The position numbers were made by a program, and so were the translations under genes. A stretch of DNA of 64,000 bases from Bacteroidales bacterium (GTDB lineage: Bacteria > Bacteroidota > Bacteroidia > Bacteroidales > VadinHA17): positions 12,370 through 76,369 of the forward strand of contig JAGGXD010000023.1 of the NCBI GenBank assembly GCA_021163295.1, in the 5' to 3' direction. Positions 48,183 to 58,840 of this stretch are shown piece after piece. Below the pieces are notes generated by a model. That model searched no databases, had not been told where the DNA came from, and worked only from the letters and a program-made list of their open reading frames with translations. Position 1 is the first letter of the stretch. Every line of letters starts with the position of its first letter.

Positions 48183-48572
48183 TTAATCATTTTTCGGAAA
48201 AATACCTTCTACAGCTATCATAAGGTTGTCGATCAGTGATTCATCTTTTATAACATAGTCTTCAATTCCCTTCCTGGCAAGTTCAAGAACCACATCTCCC
48301 TTATCCTGGCCCGATAACATGATCACGGGAATATCCTCATTATATTCCTTGATCCTGTTAAATATTTCCATTCCTCCCATCACTTCTTCATCCTTCTTAT
48401 AAAAAATATAATCCAAAACGATCAGTTCAGGATTCCGGGACAGTTGCTCAAGGCATTCTTCTCCATAACTGAATGCAACAACACTCATCTCATCCCCATC
48501 TAATCTTTTTTGAACAAGATTTAGAATAAATGGATCATCATCAACTATAAATACCAGTTTTTTTTCACTCAT
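48183..48572 (-). CDS. single-domain response regulator (receiver only)
   Basis: FIVDDDPF acidic pocket, LIVLDY phospho-acceptor Asp, MLSGQ and KGIEDYVIK motifs. Confidence 0.8.
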   Translation of the reverse strand: MSEKKLVFIVDDDPFILNLVQKRLDGDEMSVVAFSYGEECLEQLSRNPELIVLDYIFYKKDEEVMGGMEIFNRIKEYNEDIPVIMLSGQDKGDVVLELARKGIEDYVIKDESLIDNLMIAVEGIFPKND

Positions 48573-48599
48573 ATCAACTAATTGAACCTTGATTTTATT

Positions 48600-49889
48600 T
48601 TATTCTTCCCAGCCTGCAAACAGGGGATAAGTTCTCATCATGTCATTCACTTTCCCTCTAACAACTGTTATAATATCTTCATTATCAATATTCATTATCA
48701 CTTCATCAATCATGTCAACAATAGAAAGCATTTGGTTTTCTTTAAGTCCTCGTGTAGTAATGGCAGGTGTTCCTACTCTAAGTCCTGATGTTTTAAAAGG
48801 CGTTCGTGAATCAAAGGGAACCATATTCTTATTAACTGTAATATCTGCTTTTACCAGAGTGTTTTCTACTTCTTTACCTGTAATTTCCGGAACTTTCGTC
48901 CTCAGATCAATAAGCATTGAATGGTTATCTGTACCACCTGAAATAACCTTATATCCTTTGTCAACAAAAGCTTGTGCCATCATCTTTGCATTTTCCAAAA
49001 CCTGTTTCTGGTATTCATTAAACTCAGGAGTAAGGGCCTCAGCAAAAGAAACTGCTTTTGCTGCAATAACATGTTCAAGCGGACCACCTTGTGTACCTGG
49101 AAAAACACCAGAGTTAAGAATGCCTGACATCTTTCTTATAACTCCCTTCTTAGTTGTCTTACCCATTGGATTATCAAAATCTTTTCCCAGAAGAATAACA
49201 CCACCCCTGGGACCCCGAAGCGTTTTATGTGTAGTAGATGTAACTATATGGGCAAACTCAAGTGGATTTTGTAATAGACCTGCTGCAATCAATCCTGCCG
49301 GATGAGCCATATCAATCATTAGCATAGCCCCAATCTTATCTGCTATATCCCGCATTCGCTGATAATCCCACTCACGCGAATAAGCTGAGGCACCACCAAT
49401 TATGAGCTTTGGTTTTTCTTGTAAGGCAATCTCTTCCAATTTATCATAGTCAACCCTACCAGTTTCCTCTTTAACACCATAAGCAACAGGACGATACAAT
49501 AATCCCGATAAATTTACCGGTGATCCATGAGTAAGATGTCCACCGTGAGAAAGATCAAGGCCAAGAATAGTATCTCCTGGTTTAAGTACAGCTAAATAAA
49601 CTGCAGCATTTGCCTGTGCTCCGGAATGCGGTTGCACGTTTGCATACTCAGCATTAAATAATTCTTTAAGCCGGTCGATTGCTAACTGCTCCGATTGATC
49701 AACAACTTCGCATCCACCATAATAGCGCTTCCCCGGATATCCTTCAGCATACTTATTTGTCATCACCGAACCCATTGCTTCCAACACTTGTGGACTTACA
49801 AAATTTTCTGATGCAATAAGCTCAATGCCATTTATTTGTCTCTGTCTCTCTTTTAACAGGAGATCGAATATCTGTTTATCTCTTTTCAT
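48600..49889 (-). CDS. glyA: serine hydroxymethyltransferase
   Basis: [20 protein letters not shown] and the [14 protein letters not shown] (PLP lysine) motif. Confidence 0.97.
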   Translation of the reverse strand: MKRDKQIFDLLLKERQRQINGIELIASENFVSPQVLEAMGSVMTNKYAEGYPGKRYYGGCEVVDQSEQLAIDRLKELFNAEYANVQPHSGAQANAAVYLAVLKPGDTILGLDLSHGGHLTHGSPVNLSGLLYRPVAYGVKEETGRVDYDKLEEIALQEKPKLIIGGASAYSREWDYQRMRDIADKIGAMLMIDMAHPAGLIAAGLLQNPLEFAHIVTSTTHKTLRGPRGGVILLGKDFDNPMGKTTKKGVIRKMSGILNSGVFPGTQGGPLEHVIAAKAVSFAEALTPEFNEYQKQVLENAKMMAQAFVDKGYKVISGGTDNHSMLIDLRTKVPEITGKEVENTLVKADITVNKNMVPFDSRTPFKTSGLRVGTPAITTRGLKENQMLSIVDMIDEVIMNIDNEDIITVVRGKVNDMMRTYPLFAGWEE

Positions 49890-49923
49890 AATAAATCAAA
49901 TTGCCTGGAATTAAAATTCTTCT

Positions 49924-49931
49924 CAAAATTA
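49924..49931 (-). promoter_or_regulatory. candidate -7 box TAATTTTG for glyA
   Basis: The reverse complement of CAAAATTA matches TAnnTTTG. Lies ~34 nt upstream of the ATG at 49889. Confidence 0.4.
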
Positions 49932-50163
49932 ACTTTTTACTCAGAAAATAAAAAACTGTTTAACAGCCATTCATAATACAATATGTGCATTTACTCAAAT
50001 TTCGGGACATAACTATGCAAATTCAATAATATCAACCAAATAGATATACTTTATAATCAATTATTGCATTTCCTGATAAACAATAATTCTCAAATACTTT
50101 TTTTATCTCGAAATTCTATATTATCTTGGCATTGAATAACTTTTCATCACAAAAAAAAATATT

Positions 50164-50613
50164 ATGGAAGAAAAAAATGAAAACATGGCTGAAGCTCCCA
50201 CAGCAGATGCCACAGAACAAAAACCATTAGAGGTAGGCAGACCAACATTTCTGACCGTCCTGTGTATCTTAACCTTCATCGGAAGTGGATTATCCGCTTT
50301 AGTTTTGCTTATCGGACTCGTAGCTGCAGGAGCTGCATCAAGTGTACTCAGTAGCATACCCGGAATGGGTGATATTAGCGGACTTGGATCCGGATATTTT
50401 ATAGTTGTACTTGTACTTGCTCTAGCTTCACTTTACGGTGCAATTATGATGTGGCAACTAAAGAAAATGGGATTTTACCTTTATTCCGTTGCTAATGTCA
50501 TTGCACTTTTCATACCTATAATTATGGCTGCCGGAAAATTTTCTATTTTCGGCCTTGTCATTACAGCATTGTTTATCACCCTCTACGGTTTAAATCTTAA
50601 GTATCTCAAGTAA
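50164..50613 (+). CDS. small polytopic membrane protein, unknown function
   Basis: 149 aa with four hydrophobic helices. Followed by a clear terminator. Confidence 0.55.
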   Translation: MEEKNENMAEAPTADATEQKPLEVGRPTFLTVLCILTFIGSGLSALVLLIGLVAAGAASSVLSSIPGMGDISGLGSGYFIVVLVLALASLYGAIMMWQLKKMGFYLYSVANVIALFIPIIMAAGKFSIFGLVITALFITLYGLNLKYLK

Positions 50614-50640
50614 TTTTATTGGGGGAGATAAAATATTAAA

Positions 50641-50667
50641 CACCGGGGGTTACCCGGTGTTTTTTTT
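50641..50667. terminator. bidirectional intrinsic terminator
   Basis: CACCGGG-GGTTA-CCCGGTG hairpin followed by T8, with an A-rich tract upstream. Lies between convergent genes, and the T-tract overlaps the stop codon of the ClC gene. Confidence 0.8.
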
Positions 50668-52441
50668 AATCCTCCGATACCTGGATTAAAAGTTCTCTAT
50701 ATGCTGTAAATATTTTTGATTTTGAAATAAACCCGATATATTTTCCATCCCCTGTAACAGGCAGGTTCCATGCTCCTGTTTCTTCAAACTTTTTCATTAC
50801 AATTTCCATTGTATCACCTATTGAAAGTTGAGCCGGTGGCAAAATCATAAGATCTCTGACATAGGTAGAATTATACATCCCGGAATTAAACATAATATCC
50901 CTGACATTATCAAGTAATACTACTCCCTGTAAAAATCCTTCATCATCAACCACCGGAAATATATTCCTTTTTGAATTTGCTATTTTCTTAACCAATTCAC
51001 CCAATGTTTCATCAGGATAAGTCTTAACCAGATCTTTTTCAATCTCTTTTTTCCACTTCATTAATCTTAGTACTGTGCGATCTTTGTGATGGGTTATCAG
51101 TTCCCCCCTTCTTGCAAGTCGTTTAGTATATATTGAATGAGGTTCAAAATAAATAATTGTTATATATGAAAATGTAGAAGTAATAATAAGAGGGATTAAC
51201 AATCCATAGCCTCCTGTAATTTCTGCTATCAGAAATATCGCTGTTAAAGGAGCATGCATAACTCCTGCCATCAGACCAGCCATACCAACAAGCGCAAAAT
51301 TACTCTCTGAAACATTAACCCAGTTTAACCCATTAATAAGACGGGCAGTAAAAAAACCTGTTATTCCTCCCATAAATAAAGCAGGTGCAAAAATACCTCC
51401 AACTCCTCCCCCTCCGGTCGTTGCTGACATAGCAACCACTTTTAAGATCATAACTAAAGCCAGATAACCCAGTATCATCCAGTAATTATCATGAATAAAA
51501 TAGAAGAGGCTGTTTTCAACTACTTCAGAAGTATTTCCATTTAAGAGAGATATAATGACATCATAACCTTCACCAAACAAAGGAGGAAAAATGAATATCA
51601 ATAATCCCAGAATTGTTCCTCCAATGAATAACCTATGGTATGGACTGTTTATATTCCTGAACCACGATTCAATTTTCATGCTTGCTTTAGTAAAATATAA
51701 AGAAACCAAACCTGAAAACACTCCTAGAAGAATAAAAAACGGGATATTTGATAATTCGAAAGGGTTCAGTATTGTATACGAGAACAAAACTCCCCTTCCC
51801 ATTAAAAAATAAGCTATAGTGGCACCTGTTACAGATGAAATTAGCAACGGTACAATAGAGGCAATGGTAAGATCCAGCATTAAAACTTCAAGCGTAAAAA
51901 CCAGTCCGGCAATAGGTGCTTTAAATATCCCGGCAATTGCTCCGGCAGCCCCGCACCCAACTAATAATGTGACTGATTTATAATTTAATCTCAGAAACCT
52001 GCCTATTGATGAACCAATAGAAGCCCCGGTTAAAACAATTGGGGCTTCTGCTCCCACCGATCCCCCAAATCCAATTGTAAGAGTACTGGCAAGAATAGAG
52101 GAATAATTATTATGACTCTTGATAATACTGTTCTTCTTCGAGATTGCATATAGAATCCTGGCAACACCATGACTAATATTATCTTTGACAAAATACCTTA
52201 CAAACAAAACAGTCAGAAAAATCCCTATTAAAGGATACAGCAGATACCAAAAACTTTCCGACTCCACATCAAATCCTTTTGTTAAAAGAAGATGTGTATA
52301 ATGAATGGTGTTTTTAAGCAATACAGCAGCAAGTCCGCTAAGAATCCCGACAATAAAACTCAGGATATAGTTAAGCTGATTATGGTTTAAACGATTAAAC
52401 CTCCTGGTAAGAAACCTCCTTATGATTCTTGCTCTTTTCAT
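50666..52441 (-). CDS. ClC family chloride channel/antiporter with C-terminal CBS pair (copy 2)
   Basis: GFGGSVGAEAP and GGVGGIFAP motifs plus a CBS-domain tail. 591 aa. Confidence 0.9.
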   Translation of the reverse strand: MKRARIIRRFLTRRFNRLNHNQLNYILSFIVGILSGLAAVLLKNTIHYTHLLLTKGFDVESESFWYLLYPLIGIFLTVLFVRYFVKDNISHGVARILYAISKKNSIIKSHNNYSSILASTLTIGFGGSVGAEAPIVLTGASIGSSIGRFLRLNYKSVTLLVGCGAAGAIAGIFKAPIAGLVFTLEVLMLDLTIASIVPLLISSVTGATIAYFLMGRGVLFSYTILNPFELSNIPFFILLGVFSGLVSLYFTKASMKIESWFRNINSPYHRLFIGGTILGLLIFIFPPLFGEGYDVIISLLNGNTSEVVENSLFYFIHDNYWMILGYLALVMILKVVAMSATTGGGGVGGIFAPALFMGGITGFFTARLINGLNWVNVSESNFALVGMAGLMAGVMHAPLTAIFLIAEITGGYGLLIPLIITSTFSYITIIYFEPHSIYTKRLARRGELITHHKDRTVLRLMKWKKEIEKDLVKTYPDETLGELVKKIANSKRNIFPVVDDEGFLQGVVLLDNVRDIMFNSGMYNSTYVRDLMILPPAQLSIGDTMEIVMKKFEETGAWNLPVTGDGKYIGFISKSKIFTAYRELLIQVSED

Positions 52442-54213
52442 TCCTGCATAAATTGGCGTATCATTGTCCGATAACTTGAAAATACGTTGGCTCTCGAAAC
52501 AAAACCAATATATTTGCCATCTTTATTCAGTACAGGCAGGTTATAATGAGGAGAAGTTTGAAATTTACGGGCAATATCTTCCATCGATTCATCAGGTGAT
52601 ACAGATGGTGTTGGCATAAACATAAGGTCGCGAACATAAGTATTATCATAAAGTTCTGTCTTAAAAACAATATGCCTGATATCATTAACCCATACAATAC
52701 CAAGCAAATAATTTCCCTTATCTATTACCGGAAAAATATTCCTTTGTGATTTTGATATTACGTCAACCAGATCACCTAATGTTGCATCAGGTCCGACAGT
52801 ATTAAAATTATCTTCAATAAGATCTTTTACACTCATCAGAGATAAAGCACCCTTATCCTTATCATGAGTAATCAATTCTCCCCTTTTTGCAAGCTGTATT
52901 GTATAAACCGAATTTGACTCAAATAATTTAATAGTTGCATATGAAATTGTAGCAGTTATCATTAAAGGCATAAATAATTCATAACCATTAGTAATCTCAG
53001 CGATCAGGAAAATGGCAGTTAACGGTGCATGAATAACACCGGCTATCAAACCGGCCATCCCAACAAGAACAAAATTAGCCTCGTGAAGCCCGAGTCCAAA
53101 CTGATTCAATACTTTAACAAATAAAAGCCCCGTACTTGCACCGAGAAACAGTGTTGGAGCAAACATTCCACCTACACCTCCACTACTGAAAGTAACTGAA
53201 GTAGCTATTGCTTTTAAAATAATTATCACAAGAAGAACAACGAAAAATACCGGAATATTATCTTTTAATCCAAAATATAAAGTATTATTAAAAAGATATC
53301 CATAATCCCCGTTCAGGGCATTATTAATACTCTCATAACCCTCGCCATATAATGAAGGAACAAGAAAAATCAATAATCCAAGAATAAAACCACCAATAAT
53401 AAGCTTGTTGTACCACATTTTTATTTTCTCAAACGTGGCAGTTACAAACAAATAAACCCTTGTAAAATATACAGAAACCAATCCTGCAAACAATCCGAGT
53501 AAAATATAAAATGGTGTATCAACTAATTTGAAATTCTCTGTGAGTGTAAAAGCGTAAATAGTATCTTGTCCAAGGAAAAGATATGAGGTTAATGCACCGG
53601 TTACTGAAGATATTAACAAGGGAACAATTGATGACATGGAAAGATTAAGCATTATAACTTCAAGTGTAAAAACTATGCCTGCAATGGGAGCTTTAAATAT
53701 GGCCGACATTGCTCCTGCCGAAGCACAGCCTAACATTAAAACCACCTGGCTGTAATTAAGTCGTAACAATTTACCAAGATTTGAACCAATAGCGGCACCT
53801 GTTGCAACCGTGGGGCCTTCAAGACCCACTGATCCTCCAAAACCAACAGTCAGTGCACTGGTGATAATAGACGAAAACAGGTTATGAGAACGAAGGATCC
53901 CGTTCTCCTTTGAAATTGCATGTAAAACAATAGGTATCCCATGTCCTACACGCTTTTTAAGTATAAATTTAACAAAGATAACTACGATAAAAACACCAAT
54001 TGCCGGGAAAACAATATAAAGGTAATTAAACCCTTCACTTGAAAAACCTGCTGTCAGTATATTTTTAATAATACGTACAGCATTTTTAATGATCACAGCA
54101 ACAAAACCGGAAGCAATTCCTACGAACACACTTAAGATCAAAATAAATTGCCGGTCTTTTATATGCTTTGACCGCCATCTGAAAAGCTTTATTATAAACC
54201 TGTTTCTTTGCAT
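52438..54213 (-). CDS. ClC family chloride channel/antiporter with C-terminal CBS pair (copy 1)
   Basis: GHGIP, GSVGLEGP and GGMFAP motifs plus a CBS-domain tail. 591 aa. 4-nt overlap with copy 2. Confidence 0.9.
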   Translation of the reverse strand: MQRNRFIIKLFRWRSKHIKDRQFILILSVFVGIASGFVAVIIKNAVRIIKNILTAGFSSEGFNYLYIVFPAIGVFIVVIFVKFILKKRVGHGIPIVLHAISKENGILRSHNLFSSIITSALTVGFGGSVGLEGPTVATGAAIGSNLGKLLRLNYSQVVLMLGCASAGAMSAIFKAPIAGIVFTLEVIMLNLSMSSIVPLLISSVTGALTSYLFLGQDTIYAFTLTENFKLVDTPFYILLGLFAGLVSVYFTRVYLFVTATFEKIKMWYNKLIIGGFILGLLIFLVPSLYGEGYESINNALNGDYGYLFNNTLYFGLKDNIPVFFVVLLVIIILKAIATSVTFSSGGVGGMFAPTLFLGASTGLLFVKVLNQFGLGLHEANFVLVGMAGLIAGVIHAPLTAIFLIAEITNGYELFMPLMITATISYATIKLFESNSVYTIQLAKRGELITHDKDKGALSLMSVKDLIEDNFNTVGPDATLGDLVDVISKSQRNIFPVIDKGNYLLGIVWVNDIRHIVFKTELYDNTYVRDLMFMPTPSVSPDESMEDIARKFQTSPHYNLPVLNKDGKYIGFVSRANVFSSYRTMIRQFMQE

Positions 54214-54318
54214 AAATTGACAAATATAATATATAACGCTATAAACAAGAAGAGCATGAATAGGAATTTCCTTATTTTTGTTAGAATATTTTCAAAAATA
54301 AAAACAGGGGAAATAATT

Positions 54319-55830
54319 TTGAAGAAAAAATTCTTTATATACTTTATCTGTTTTCACCTGGCAACATTTTGGGCTGTTGCACAGAATGATCGTATTCCGG
54401 AAAGTCCTGACCTAAAAAGAGTGACAGTTGATCTGACTACCGGCCATGCATGGATATTTTGGACTCTCAGTCCTTCATCAGGGGTAAAAGCGTATAATGT
54501 CTATAGATTATACGAGTTGGGTGCTGTTCCTATTGCCATAATAAATGATTCAACTGCCACTAGCTTTGAAAACATTCTTTCCAACGCTGATCGTTTTTCT
54601 GAATCATATCAAATTGCAGCAAACCGTGATACCGCTATAATAGACCCTACAACAATAAGCCCCCTAACCGATGAACACACTACTGTTTTTCTAACTCTTC
54701 AATTCGATTCCTGTCTTGCAGAACTTAATTTATCATGGACACCTTACATTGGCTGGGCAGACAGCTTAGAACACTATGATATTTTTCGAAACACAGATGG
54801 AGGTTCTTTTTCCATTATCGATTCCCTTCCTCCCGATTCAATTTCTTTTACAGATACTACAATTGAAGCATATGTTAACTACTGTTACTTTATTCAGGCC
54901 AATCATAAAAACGGTTTGACCTCCACTTCCAATAAAGTTTGTAAGTACACAGAAATGCCACGGATCCCCGGTTTTATTAATGCAGACTATGCCACTATCA
55001 ACACTGAAAACGATGAAGTATCCCTGTCATTTACTATCGATCCGGTATCTGAAATCTATCATTATAAACTTTTGAGAACAGATGATTTAAATGGATTGTT
55101 TGACACTATCGCTGATTTTGCAGATCACCGTTCAGAAAAACTAACTTACATGGACAGACCGGAAGATATGTTATCACCCTTTTATTATAAGCTGGCAGCA
55201 ATTAACCCGTGTAACCGGATTATAGTAATGTCGAACATTGCAAGTACAATGATACTTACAGTAATTAATGAAGATGCGATAAACTACCTGGCATGGACTC
55301 CAAATATTGGATGGGAAGGAGGAGTTGAAAATTATGAAGTTTACAGAACAACTATGGTAAACTCTTCTGAACTTATTGCAACAGTTGATGCCGGTGATAC
55401 TTCATATGCAGATGTTGGTCTTAACGAATTAATTTATAAAGTAAATGATGCGAAATTTTGTTATTACATCAATGCTGTAGAGGGAGAAAATAACCCACAT
55501 GGTATCAGGGGCAACAGCACAACCGCGGTAAACTGTGTAGTATTACAATCAAAGATCTTTGTGCCTAATGCTTTTACCCCGAATGGTGACGGGAAAAATG
55601 ATACCTGGTTTCCAAAATTATCTTTCACTCCGGCAACGTATCATTTAATAATAAAAAATCGTTGGGGAAACATCATCTTTGAAAGCAATGACCAATATAA
55701 AAGTTGGGACGGGTCTTACATGGGAGGAGCAATAGTACAGGAAGGAACCTACATTTATTTCCTGAGAATTACTACCGGAGAAGGAAAGGAAATTTTAAGA
55801 AAAGGACTCATAAATGTTATTTTCCCCTGA
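54319..55830 (+). CDS. T9SS type-B (gliding-motility-associated) C-terminal-domain secreted protein
   Basis: C-terminal FVPNAFTPNGDGKNDTWFP...GTYIYFL sorting domain. A TTG at 54319 gives a clean signal peptide (KKKFFIYFICFHLATFWAVAQ). The tracked ORF starts at 54208 and there is an ATG at 54256. Confidence 0.75.
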   Translation: MKKKFFIYFICFHLATFWAVAQNDRIPESPDLKRVTVDLTTGHAWIFWTLSPSSGVKAYNVYRLYELGAVPIAIINDSTATSFENILSNADRFSESYQIAANRDTAIIDPTTISPLTDEHTTVFLTLQFDSCLAELNLSWTPYIGWADSLEHYDIFRNTDGGSFSIIDSLPPDSISFTDTTIEAYVNYCYFIQANHKNGLTSTSNKVCKYTEMPRIPGFINADYATINTENDEVSLSFTIDPVSEIYHYKLLRTDDLNGLFDTIADFADHRSEKLTYMDRPEDMLSPFYYKLAAINPCNRIIVMSNIASTMILTVINEDAINYLAWTPNIGWEGGVENYEVYRTTMVNSSELIATVDAGDTSYADVGLNELIYKVNDAKFCYYINAVEGENNPHGIRGNSTTAVNCVVLQSKIFVPNAFTPNGDGKNDTWFPKLSFTPATYHLIIKNRWGNIIFESNDQYKSWDGSYMGGAIVQEGTYIYFLRITTGEGKEILRKGLINVIFP

Positions 55831-55844
55831 TCACCGCATTTCTT

Positions 55845-55876
55845 CATTACCTCATTACCTCATCACCTCATCATTT
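55845..55876. repeat. tandem octamer tract CATTACCT CATTACCT CATCACCT CATCATTT
   Basis: Read directly, 15 nt after the stop codon at 55830. Same unit family as 34971..34994. Confidence 0.9.
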
Positions 55877-55911
55877 TTTAAATAAACTAGTATAAACAAT
55901 GTAAAAATCAC

Positions 55912-55919
55912 TAATTTTG
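55912..55919 (+). promoter_or_regulatory. -7 box TAATTTTG for the RelA/SpoT gene
   Basis: Matches TAnnTTTG. Lies 22 nt upstream of the ATG at 55941, the same spacing as at rseC. It overlaps the TTG start used in the ORF track, which argues against that start. Confidence 0.45.
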
Positions 55920-55940
55920 TTTTCTGTATCAGAAGGTAAA

Positions 55941-58193
55941 ATGGCAAAGAAATCAATTTTTACAAAAGCAGAAAATGAGCTTATTGAGGAGAGATTCAAG
56001 GATCTTTTGGCTAACTGTAAAAAGTGCAGAAGAAAAAGTGACAGGGAGATGGTAATAAAAGCATTTACGATTGCCAGGGAAGCTCATGAGAGTATGCGTA
56101 GAAAATCGGGAGAACCATATATACTGCATCCTATTGCTGTTGCTAAAATTGTTACTACTGAAATCGGACTTGGTCCAAGATCGATAGCATGTGCATTACT
56201 TCATGATGTTGTCGAAGATACTGATCTTACACTGGAAGATATCAGATACAACTTTAACGACAGAATTGCATCGGTAGTCGATGGTCTCACTAAGATTTCA
56301 GGAATTTTTGATAACAAATCGTCCATGCAGGCTGAGAACTTTAGAAAAATGTTACTTACCCTTTCGGATGATGTCAGAGTAATCCTTATCAAACTGGGTG
56401 ACAGGCTGCATAATATGAGGACGCTTGATTCCTTGCCACCAAATAAACAAGTTAAGATTGCCGGAGAAACTACTTATTTATATGCACCTCTGGCACACCG
56501 GCTTGGGCTTTATGCAATAAAAACGGAGATGGAAGATCTGAGTCTGATGTACAGACACCCCAAACTGTATGACGACATTACATTAAAGATTAAATCTAAT
56601 GAGCAAAAGCGTATTACAGAAATAAACCGCTTTGCACTTCCTATAATTGATAAACTGGAAAAAGAAAAAATTAAATTTGACATAAATGGCAGACCAAAAT
56701 CCATTGCCTCTATATGGAACAAAATGAATAAAAAAAATATTCCTTTAGAAGAGGTATATGATCTGTTAGCTATAAGGATAATTTTCGAACCTTCTGATTA
56801 CATACCCGAGAAAACTCAATGCTGGAATATCTATTCAATTATTACTGATACTTATATGCCTAAACCAGACCGTATCCGTGATTGGTTAAGTACGCCAAAA
56901 GCTAACGGATACGAAGCATTGCATCTAACTGTTATGGGACCACACGGCAAATGGGTTGAAATTCAGATCCGGTCAAAGAGAATGGATGAAATTGCCGAAA
57001 GAGGATTTGCAGCTCATTGGAAATACAAAGGTGCCAGTTCCCATGAAGGGGAATTGGATAAATGGCTCAAAAAGATCAGAGAAATGCTTGAAGATCCGAA
57101 TTCAGATGCCCTGGAATTTCTCGATGATTTCAAAATGAATCTTTTCTCCTCTGAAATAATGGTATTTACTCCAAAAGGCCACATTAAAACACTACCTTCA
57201 GGTGCTTCTGCTCTTGACTTTGCTTATGAGATACACTCCGAAATAGGGAACCATGCTATCGGTGCTAAAGTTAATTATAAACTTGCACCTATTAGTCATA
57301 CATTGCAAAGTGGCGACCAGGTTGAAATATTGTCCTCTGATAAAAAACATCCTGAAAGGAATTGGCTGGACTATGTTAAGACGGCAAAAGCAAAATCAAG
57401 TATTAAGAATTATCTAAAAGCTGAAACGAAAGACAGGATCACAAAAGGAAAAAATATTCTGGATAAGAAATTGCAGGATATCAAACTTCGCCCTAATTCA
57501 ACAATCTTTAAAAAACTACTGCCGGCTTTTGAAGTTTTATATAAAGATGAACTTTATAGCAAAATTGGAATGGGATTAATAGATCTTAAAAATATCGAAA
57601 CTATTCTTAAACCAAAATCAAGAAACAAACTGGTAAAATATTGGCAATTGCAATTTGGGAAATCTTCTAAAGCAAAGAAAAAAAACAAGAAACAAAAGAA
57701 ACCAGGAACAGGGAAATTTGATCTTAAGTCTCCATACATTCTTCGCGAAAATATTGATGAAATCAGTCAGCCTTATATATTAGCCGAATGCTGTAATCCA
57801 ATTCCAGGTGATGATGTTATTGGATATAAACCACCAAAAAAAGAAATGGTGATTCATAAAGCAAATTGCCCAAATGCAATAAAACTTTTGTCAAGTAAAG
57901 GAAACCGTGTTGTTTCAGCAAAATGGACAACACACAAGCTCCTCTCTTTCCTTGTAAAAATAAGTATAGTTGGAATTGACAGAGTAGGAATGATAAATGA
58001 AATAACCGGAATTATTTCAAAAGACCTCAGCTCTAATATCCAATCACTAAATATTAATGTAAATGATGGTATTTTTAAGGGTATAGTTAACCTCTATGTG
58101 CACAATACTAACGATCTGAACACCCTTTTACTGAACATCTCAAAAATAAAAGGCATCGAATCAGTTCACAGAATGGAAACTATTGAGGAATAA
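55941..58193 (+). CDS. bifunctional RelA/SpoT family (p)ppGpp synthetase/hydrolase
   Basis: HD hydrolase motif (ALLHDVVEDT), synthetase domain (YEALHLTV), and TGS and ACT domains. Confidence 0.92.
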   Translation: MAKKSIFTKAENELIEERFKDLLANCKKCRRKSDREMVIKAFTIAREAHESMRRKSGEPYILHPIAVAKIVTTEIGLGPRSIACALLHDVVEDTDLTLEDIRYNFNDRIASVVDGLTKISGIFDNKSSMQAENFRKMLLTLSDDVRVILIKLGDRLHNMRTLDSLPPNKQVKIAGETTYLYAPLAHRLGLYAIKTEMEDLSLMYRHPKLYDDITLKIKSNEQKRITEINRFALPIIDKLEKEKIKFDINGRPKSIASIWNKMNKKNIPLEEVYDLLAIRIIFEPSDYIPEKTQCWNIYSIITDTYMPKPDRIRDWLSTPKANGYEALHLTVMGPHGKWVEIQIRSKRMDEIAERGFAAHWKYKGASSHEGELDKWLKKIREMLEDPNSDALEFLDDFKMNLFSSEIMVFTPKGHIKTLPSGASALDFAYEIHSEIGNHAIGAKVNYKLAPISHTLQSGDQVEILSSDKKHPERNWLDYVKTAKAKSSIKNYLKAETKDRITKGKNILDKKLQDIKLRPNSTIFKKLLPAFEVLYKDELYSKIGMGLIDLKNIETILKPKSRNKLVKYWQLQFGKSSKAKKKNKKQKKPGTGKFDLKSPYILRENIDEISQPYILAECCNPIPGDDVIGYKPPKKEMVIHKANCPNAIKLLSSKGNRVVSAKWTTHKLLSFLVKISIVGIDRVGMINEITGIISKDLSSNIQSLNINVNDGIFKGIVNLYVHNTNDLNTLLLNISKIKGIESVHRMETIEE

Positions 58194-58250
58194 ATTGTAA
58201 CTTAATTAAATAATTTATACTTTTAGTTGTTTTCAAAATCCTTGTTTATT

Positions 58251-58694
58251 ATGAGTGATAAAATCAGAAATGATGTAAAACAAATTTTCACAAAATATCT
58301 TGAAGAAAATGAACATCGGAAAACACCTGAAAGATATGCTATCCTTGATGAAATTTATTCAGTAAATGAACATTTCGACGTTGAGTCTCTATATACTTAT
58401 ATGAAAGAAAAAGATTATAAGGTTAGTCGCGCAACTATATATAATACAATAGAGATACTTCTGAAATGTGATCTTGTAATAAAACATCAGTTTGGTAAAA
58501 ACATTGCCCAGTTCGAAAGAGCTTTTCATATCGGACAGCATGACCATCTTATTGACACTAAAACAGGTGAAATAACTGAATTTTGTGATCCGCGTATACA
58601 TGAAATAATTAAAACTGCATGCGACTTATGCAATTTTGAACCTCAACATCACTCTTTATATATTTATGGTGTAAGTAAAAATAAGGAGAAATAA
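58251..58694 (+). CDS. Fur family transcriptional repressor
   Basis: [13 protein letters not shown]...[13 protein letters not shown] winged helix plus [10 protein letters not shown]...C metal site. ATG at 58251 preferred. Confidence 0.75.
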   Translation: MSDKIRNDVKQIFTKYLEENEHRKTPERYAILDEIYSVNEHFDVESLYTYMKEKDYKVSRATIYNTIEILLKCDLVIKHQFGKNIAQFERAFHIGQHDHLIDTKTGEITEFCDPRIHEIIKTACDLCNFEPQHHSLYIYGVSKNKEK

Positions 58695-58840
58695 TAGTTA
58701 AACTTTCAACACTCCACTATTCCATTTAATATTTTATTAGTCCTTGTTTCCTGAAAAAAAATTGTACATTGTATGGCTTTTTTGTGACTAATAATTGTAA
58801 TTTTTTTCTAACGGTTCAATCTTTAAATAGTTAATCATTC

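Noticed and set aside
49890-50163. Possible ZTP/THF-type riboswitch in the 274-nt region upstream of glyA (and similarly upstream of purA at 58695..58840).
   Set aside because: Both regions are AT-rich with no G+C-rich conserved cores such as CCGCCTGGGC or a pseudoknot partner. Only a TAnnTTTG promoter-like box is visible.
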